Assembly: GCA_039630345.1 (NCBI GenBank)
Contig: JBCNVD010000030.1
Span: 1-52,001 of the forward strand
Length of the DNA: 52,001 bases
From: Aquificaceae bacterium
GTDB taxonomy: Bacteria; Aquificota; Aquificia; Aquificales; Aquificaceae
Reading direction: 5' to 3'
Made by a program: the position numbers and the translations under genes. Within the stretch, counting starts at the first letter, position 1, and each line of letters begins with the position of its first letter. Below the pieces are notes generated by a model, which worked only from the letters and a program-made list of their open reading frames with translations, did not search any database and was not told where the DNA came from. This document shows positions 48,539 to 52,001 of the stretch, piece after piece.

Positions 48539-48559
48539 AGGCCTCTCTGGCCTTTTTTT
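48539..48559 (+). terminator. Rho-independent terminator of the amtB-porin operon
   Basis: AGGCC-TCTCT-GGCCT-TTTTTT. Confidence 0.7.
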
Positions 48560-49526
48560 AGAGGTTTTCCAGCTCTTCTTTGATTGCCCCAACTAATATA
48601 TCTATAGCCTCTTTAGAGCTCTTTGCCGCTATCTTACAGCCAGATGCGTAAGCATGCCCCCCGCCACCCAGCTTTTGAGCGATTTTTGCAACATTTACGC
48701 GCCCTTTTGAGCGCAAAGATACCTTCCATATACCCTCTGCAGGCTTTTCTATAAGCGAAAAGGCAACCTCAACTCCCTCTAAAGACCTTGGAAAAGAGAC
48801 AAACCCTTCAGTATCAGAGTGCAAACACCCCGTCTCTTCAAGAAACTTTGCATAAACGGTAATGCTCGCAATAAGCCCGTTTTCGTAAAGCTCTATCGTT
48901 CCAAGCACTCTTCTAAGGAGCTCTATCCTCCTTAGAGGCTCTCTTTCAGAAAACATCCTGTGAGTTAAATGAGGGTCTGCACCTTTTTTCGTCAGCTCCG
49001 CAGCAAGGCTAAAGACCTCTGATGTTGTGTTTGAATATCTAAAAAATCCAGTATCTGTCGCAAGGCCCGTATATAGATTTTGCGCAATCTTGCTATCGAT
49101 TAAGCTCTCGTCCCAGCTCTTTAGGATTCTATAAATCAAACTGGTAGTGGATGGAGCTTCTGGGTCTATGTAATCCAGCTCTCCATAAAATTCCCCGCCT
49201 ATGTGATGGTCTATTCTTGCTCTTTTTTTGCAACTAACCTCAGCCCCAAGCCTGTAAAAGCCACTTGCATCAACGACAATGCCTATCTCAAACCCTTCAT
49301 CAATCGGTAACTTCTTGACATTTTCGACATCTGGTAAAAAGTCCAGAAAGTAAGGAACATTGTCTTTACAGGCAACCGTTACGTCTTTACCCTTTAGCTT
49401 CAAAAACCTGTATAGTGCAAGGGCACTTCCAAGAGTATCCGCATCAGGATTTTCGTGGCTTGCAATAAGTATCTTACCGCTTTCGCTCTTTAGAGCCTCA
49501 ATCAGAGGAACGCTCTGAATTAGCAT
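48558..49526 (-). CDS. nrnA: DHH/DHHA1 nanoRNase / pAp phosphatase
   Basis: HENPDAD, IDHH, TDTGFF, SLRS, GGGHAYASG. Confidence 0.9.
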   Translation of the reverse strand: MLIQSVPLIEALKSESGKILIASHENPDADTLGSALALYRFLKLKGKDVTVACKDNVPYFLDFLPDVENVKKLPIDEGFEIGIVVDASGFYRLGAEVSCKKRARIDHHIGGEFYGELDYIDPEAPSTTSLIYRILKSWDESLIDSKIAQNLYTGLATDTGFFRYSNTTSEVFSLAAELTKKGADPHLTHRMFSEREPLRRIELLRRVLGTIELYENGLIASITVYAKFLEETGCLHSDTEGFVSFPRSLEGVEVAFSLIEKPAEGIWKVSLRSKGRVNVAKIAQKLGGGGHAYASGCKIAAKSSKEAIDILVGAIKEELENL

Positions 49527-49534
49527 AAACTGGA

Positions 49535-50527
49535 TTATACATCCATAAGAGCTCTAAACTCCTCTGGCTTTAGCTTTCCCATCTCAAGAACTCTTACATT
49601 TTCCTCAAAGTGCTTTAGCTTTGACATTCCCACAAGAGCCGTCCCTACCCCGGGCGTTGATATCACAAACCTAAGCGAAGCGACCGCATCACTATCTGTC
49701 CCCATAAGTTTTTTAAACTCGTTATTTAACCTCCCTATTACTCTCCCCTGAAATATACTTGCACTTGTATAAACATAAAGCCCAAGCTCCTGACAGGCTT
49801 TTAATATGCTCTTGCCTCTTTGGCTATTTGCCGTTGTTGCATCAAGCATCCCGACATTATATGGAAGCTGAACAAACCTAAATCCATGGTCCTGCCCTCC
49901 TACTTCCCTTGCGGCTTTAAAAACCTCAAAAATATCCACATGAGAGCTGTCGCTCTCCTTAGCAATAAGCCCTCTCCATGTTGCAATGCCGTAAAATCTA
50001 AGGCTTCCTTCTTTGATTTTTCCTTCAAGATACTCAAAACACGCCCTTATCTGACTTAAAAACTCAGCCCGTGAGAGCGAAGAGAGTGCCTCTTCGGGAT
50101 TGTGCAAAAAATAAACATCTATGCTTTTAACCCCCAGATTTTCAAGGCTTTTATTAAAGCACCAGTCTATAAACCTAGCATTAAGGCTATGATAAGGATT
50201 TAAACTCGCATCCACAAGCCCGCTTTTTATAAAGTTTTTGTGTATATATTCCTGAGGATGCATACCGCTCATGGCATCATAAGGCACATACCCGCCTTTT
50301 GTTGATATAAAAAACCCATCTCTTGGCTTTTGTTTTAAAACCTGAGCTATATCCCTTTCGCTTTGCATATATCTATAAACAATCGCGGTATCTATAACGT
50401 TAATTCCAAACTCCTGGGCTTTTTTTATAACCTCTATATATCCTGCGGAGGTTTGGCTATCTGGCTCGCCAAGGTATGTCCCAACGCCAAGTAATGATAG
50501 CTCCAGTCCAAGAAAGCTATTTTTCAT
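49535..50527 (-). CDS. Aldo/keto reductase
   Basis: LGVGT, IDTAIVY, STKGG, IDVYFLHNP, QLPYN, ALVGM. Confidence 0.9.
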   Translation of the reverse strand: MKNSFLGLELSLLGVGTYLGEPDSQTSAGYIEVIKKAQEFGINVIDTAIVYRYMQSERDIAQVLKQKPRDGFFISTKGGYVPYDAMSGMHPQEYIHKNFIKSGLVDASLNPYHSLNARFIDWCFNKSLENLGVKSIDVYFLHNPEEALSSLSRAEFLSQIRACFEYLEGKIKEGSLRFYGIATWRGLIAKESDSSHVDIFEVFKAAREVGGQDHGFRFVQLPYNVGMLDATTANSQRGKSILKACQELGLYVYTSASIFQGRVIGRLNNEFKKLMGTDSDAVASLRFVISTPGVGTALVGMSKLKHFEENVRVLEMGKLKPEEFRALMDV

Positions 50528-51815
50528 CTCCTAAAACCCTATCAAATATTTTCCCAATGTTTTTTAACATCTGACTATATTCCAGAGTTTTAAGTTTCTC
50601 TATCGCACTTTGGGGCAATTCTTTACTCAAAAGCACACTTAAAAAGTCCTCTCCCTTTTTTAAAGCTTCAAAACTTGCCTTTTGCACAATCTCGTATGCC
50701 TCTTCCCTCCCTATTCCTTCCTGCGTCAAAATAACCAAAGCTTTGGAAGATAAAATGGCCCCTTTGCTTAGGTTGATATTTTCCATCATCCTATCTTCTC
50801 TAACTTCAAGCCCTTTAACTATTTTGGTAAAAACCTCAAGCATATAATCAAGCAAGATAGTAGCGTCAATAAGGGCGACTCTCTCTGCAGAAGAGTGCGA
50901 TATATCTCTTTCGTGCCACAAAACGACATTTTCAAACCCAACCATTACATAAGAGCGCAAAAGCCTGGAAAGACCACAAAGCCTTTCGCAAAGCACCGGA
51001 TTTCTCTTGTGTGGCATTGCGGAAGAGCCTCTCTGGGTTTTGCCAAAGGGCTCAAAAACTTCCCCCACCTCTGTTCTTTGAAGATGCCTTACCTCCGTTG
51101 CAAACCTCTCTATGCCCACGCCTGTGCAGGCAATGGCAAAAAGCACCTCAAGATGCCTATCCCTTGGCACTACCTGTGTGGAAACTGGCTCGACTTTAAG
51201 TCCAAGCTCTCTCAGGGCAATTTCTTCCACCTTTGGCTCTATGCTGGAATAGGTTCCAACCGCACCCGATAGCTTCCCGAAAGAGATAACCTCCCTCGCT
51301 CTTTTAAGGCGCTCAAGAGCTCTTAAGAGCTCTGCATAATGCCCCAAAACTTTAAGCCCGAAAGTGGTAGGCTCTGCGTGAATGCCGTGAGTTCTCCCTG
51401 CGCAGATTGTGTTTTTATATCTTATAGACAGCTCTTTTAAAGCCTCAAGCGATTCTTTAAGCCCATCTTCAAGTTTCAAAATCGCATCTCTTAACCCAAT
51501 AGCAAGCGCAGTATCAACCACATCAGAAGATGTCAGCCCCCTGTGAAAGTAAGAAGAATAAACGCCTATCCTCTCATTTACTGCGGAAACAAACGCAAGA
51601 AGATCATGCCCAAACTTCTCCTCAAGCTCTTTAGACCTTCTAATTAGATCCTCATCGATCTCAAGGCTCTCTATAGCTTTAAGAGCCTCCTCTGGAAATA
51701 AAGAAAGCCTCACCCTGGCTCTTATGACTTCTTTTTCTATCCTGAGCCACCTTCTTAGCTTCTCTCTCTCAGACCAGTGGCTCTTCATCCACCCGGTTGT
51801 GTATCTTTCTATCAC
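50517..51815 (-). CDS. purB: Adenylosuccinate lyase
   Basis: MIERY, TSSD, GRTHGIHAEP, GSSAMPHKRNP, ERDISHSSAER. Confidence 0.97.
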   Translation of the reverse strand: MIERYTTGWMKSHWSEREKLRRWLRIEKEVIRARVRLSLFPEEALKAIESLEIDEDLIRRSKELEEKFGHDLLAFVSAVNERIGVYSSYFHRGLTSSDVVDTALAIGLRDAILKLEDGLKESLEALKELSIRYKNTICAGRTHGIHAEPTTFGLKVLGHYAELLRALERLKRAREVISFGKLSGAVGTYSSIEPKVEEIALRELGLKVEPVSTQVVPRDRHLEVLFAIACTGVGIERFATEVRHLQRTEVGEVFEPFGKTQRGSSAMPHKRNPVLCERLCGLSRLLRSYVMVGFENVVLWHERDISHSSAERVALIDATILLDYMLEVFTKIVKGLEVREDRMMENINLSKGAILSSKALVILTQEGIGREEAYEIVQKASFEALKKGEDFLSVLLSKELPQSAIEKLKTLEYSQMLKNIGKIFDRVLGDEK

Positions 51816-51829
51816 TTTTATATTATAAA

Positions 51830-52001
51830 CGCGGGGGGGGGGTATACGCCCCGCGCCCGCCCCCAGGATCTTGTCTCTCTACAACCTCCCTGTGGGCTCC
51901 CACCCCCGTGGTTTTTTTTTTTTTCTACCTTTTTTTTTATAACGCGGGGGGGCCACAACCCCCCCCCCCCGCCCCCCATGTATAATTTATATATGCTTAA
52001 A
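51830..52001. other. Homopolymer-rich, probably low-quality sequence end
   Basis: Abrupt long G, C and T homopolymer runs, unlike the rest of the window. Confidence 0.6.

Noticed and set aside
51797..52001. 62-aa ORF, G-quadruplex, tRNA-like or repeat element at the window end
   Set aside because: Homopolymer runs indicate poor base calls; the repeated TATAA(A)CGCGGGGGGG and the CCA-like end cannot be trusted.
1..52001. Frequent GAGCTC/GAGCTT/AGCT words
   Set aside because: Largely explained by abundant Glu-Leu (GAG-CTN) and Arg/Lys-Ala codon pairs; not separable from codon bias by eye.
1..52001. Short antisense or alternate-frame ORFs in the track; CRISPR arrays, IS elements, RNA genes
   Set aside because: The shadow ORFs lie within well-supported genes and lack motifs. 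No regularly spaced repeats, transposase/integrase motifs or tRNA/rRNA signatures were seen.

Overview
Compact, AT-rich (roughly 40-43% GC by eye) bacterial chromosome segment. The gene content (PspA/PspB phosphoserine phosphatases, LbpA-type lipoyl carrier, ValRS with a large insertion, scattered metabolic genes) points to an Aquificaceae-like thermophile; this assignment is inference. There are about 50 tightly packed or overlapping CDSs, mostly housekeeping: argB (partial), valS, mutS2, nadD, rimO, rfbD, hisD, infC, radA, pheA, thiO, murA, frdA/sdhA, mtaB, tsaE, hslU, yicC, nrnA, purB. Nutrient modules are two tandem PhoX phosphatases with Pho-box-like repeats, a Fur-box-controlled DUF2325/TonB-receptor/TonB unit, and a sigma54-driven amtB-porin operon. 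No rRNA, tRNA, CRISPR or mobile element was seen. The most notable unannotated signals are: (1) a dispersed family of GCGC-stem mini-hairpins with GAA/GTAA/GAAG loops, plus strong over-representation of (AA)GCGCGC(TT); (2) a deletion-riddled glnK/glnB pseudogene hidden in a spurious ORF ahead of amtB; (3) an anti-Shine-Dalgarno loop hairpin in the 3' UTR of the same operon; (4) near-total lysine avoidance in the lipoprotein PhoX paralog; (5) two unannotated proteins sharing a VxPxxxVGxPPx[DE]L motif; (6) a surface protein with a periodic CxxxC-x5 domain; (7) an MFS-SSS-lipoyl-carrier operon; (8) pervasive leaderless-type promoters. The last ~170 nt look like low-quality sequence.
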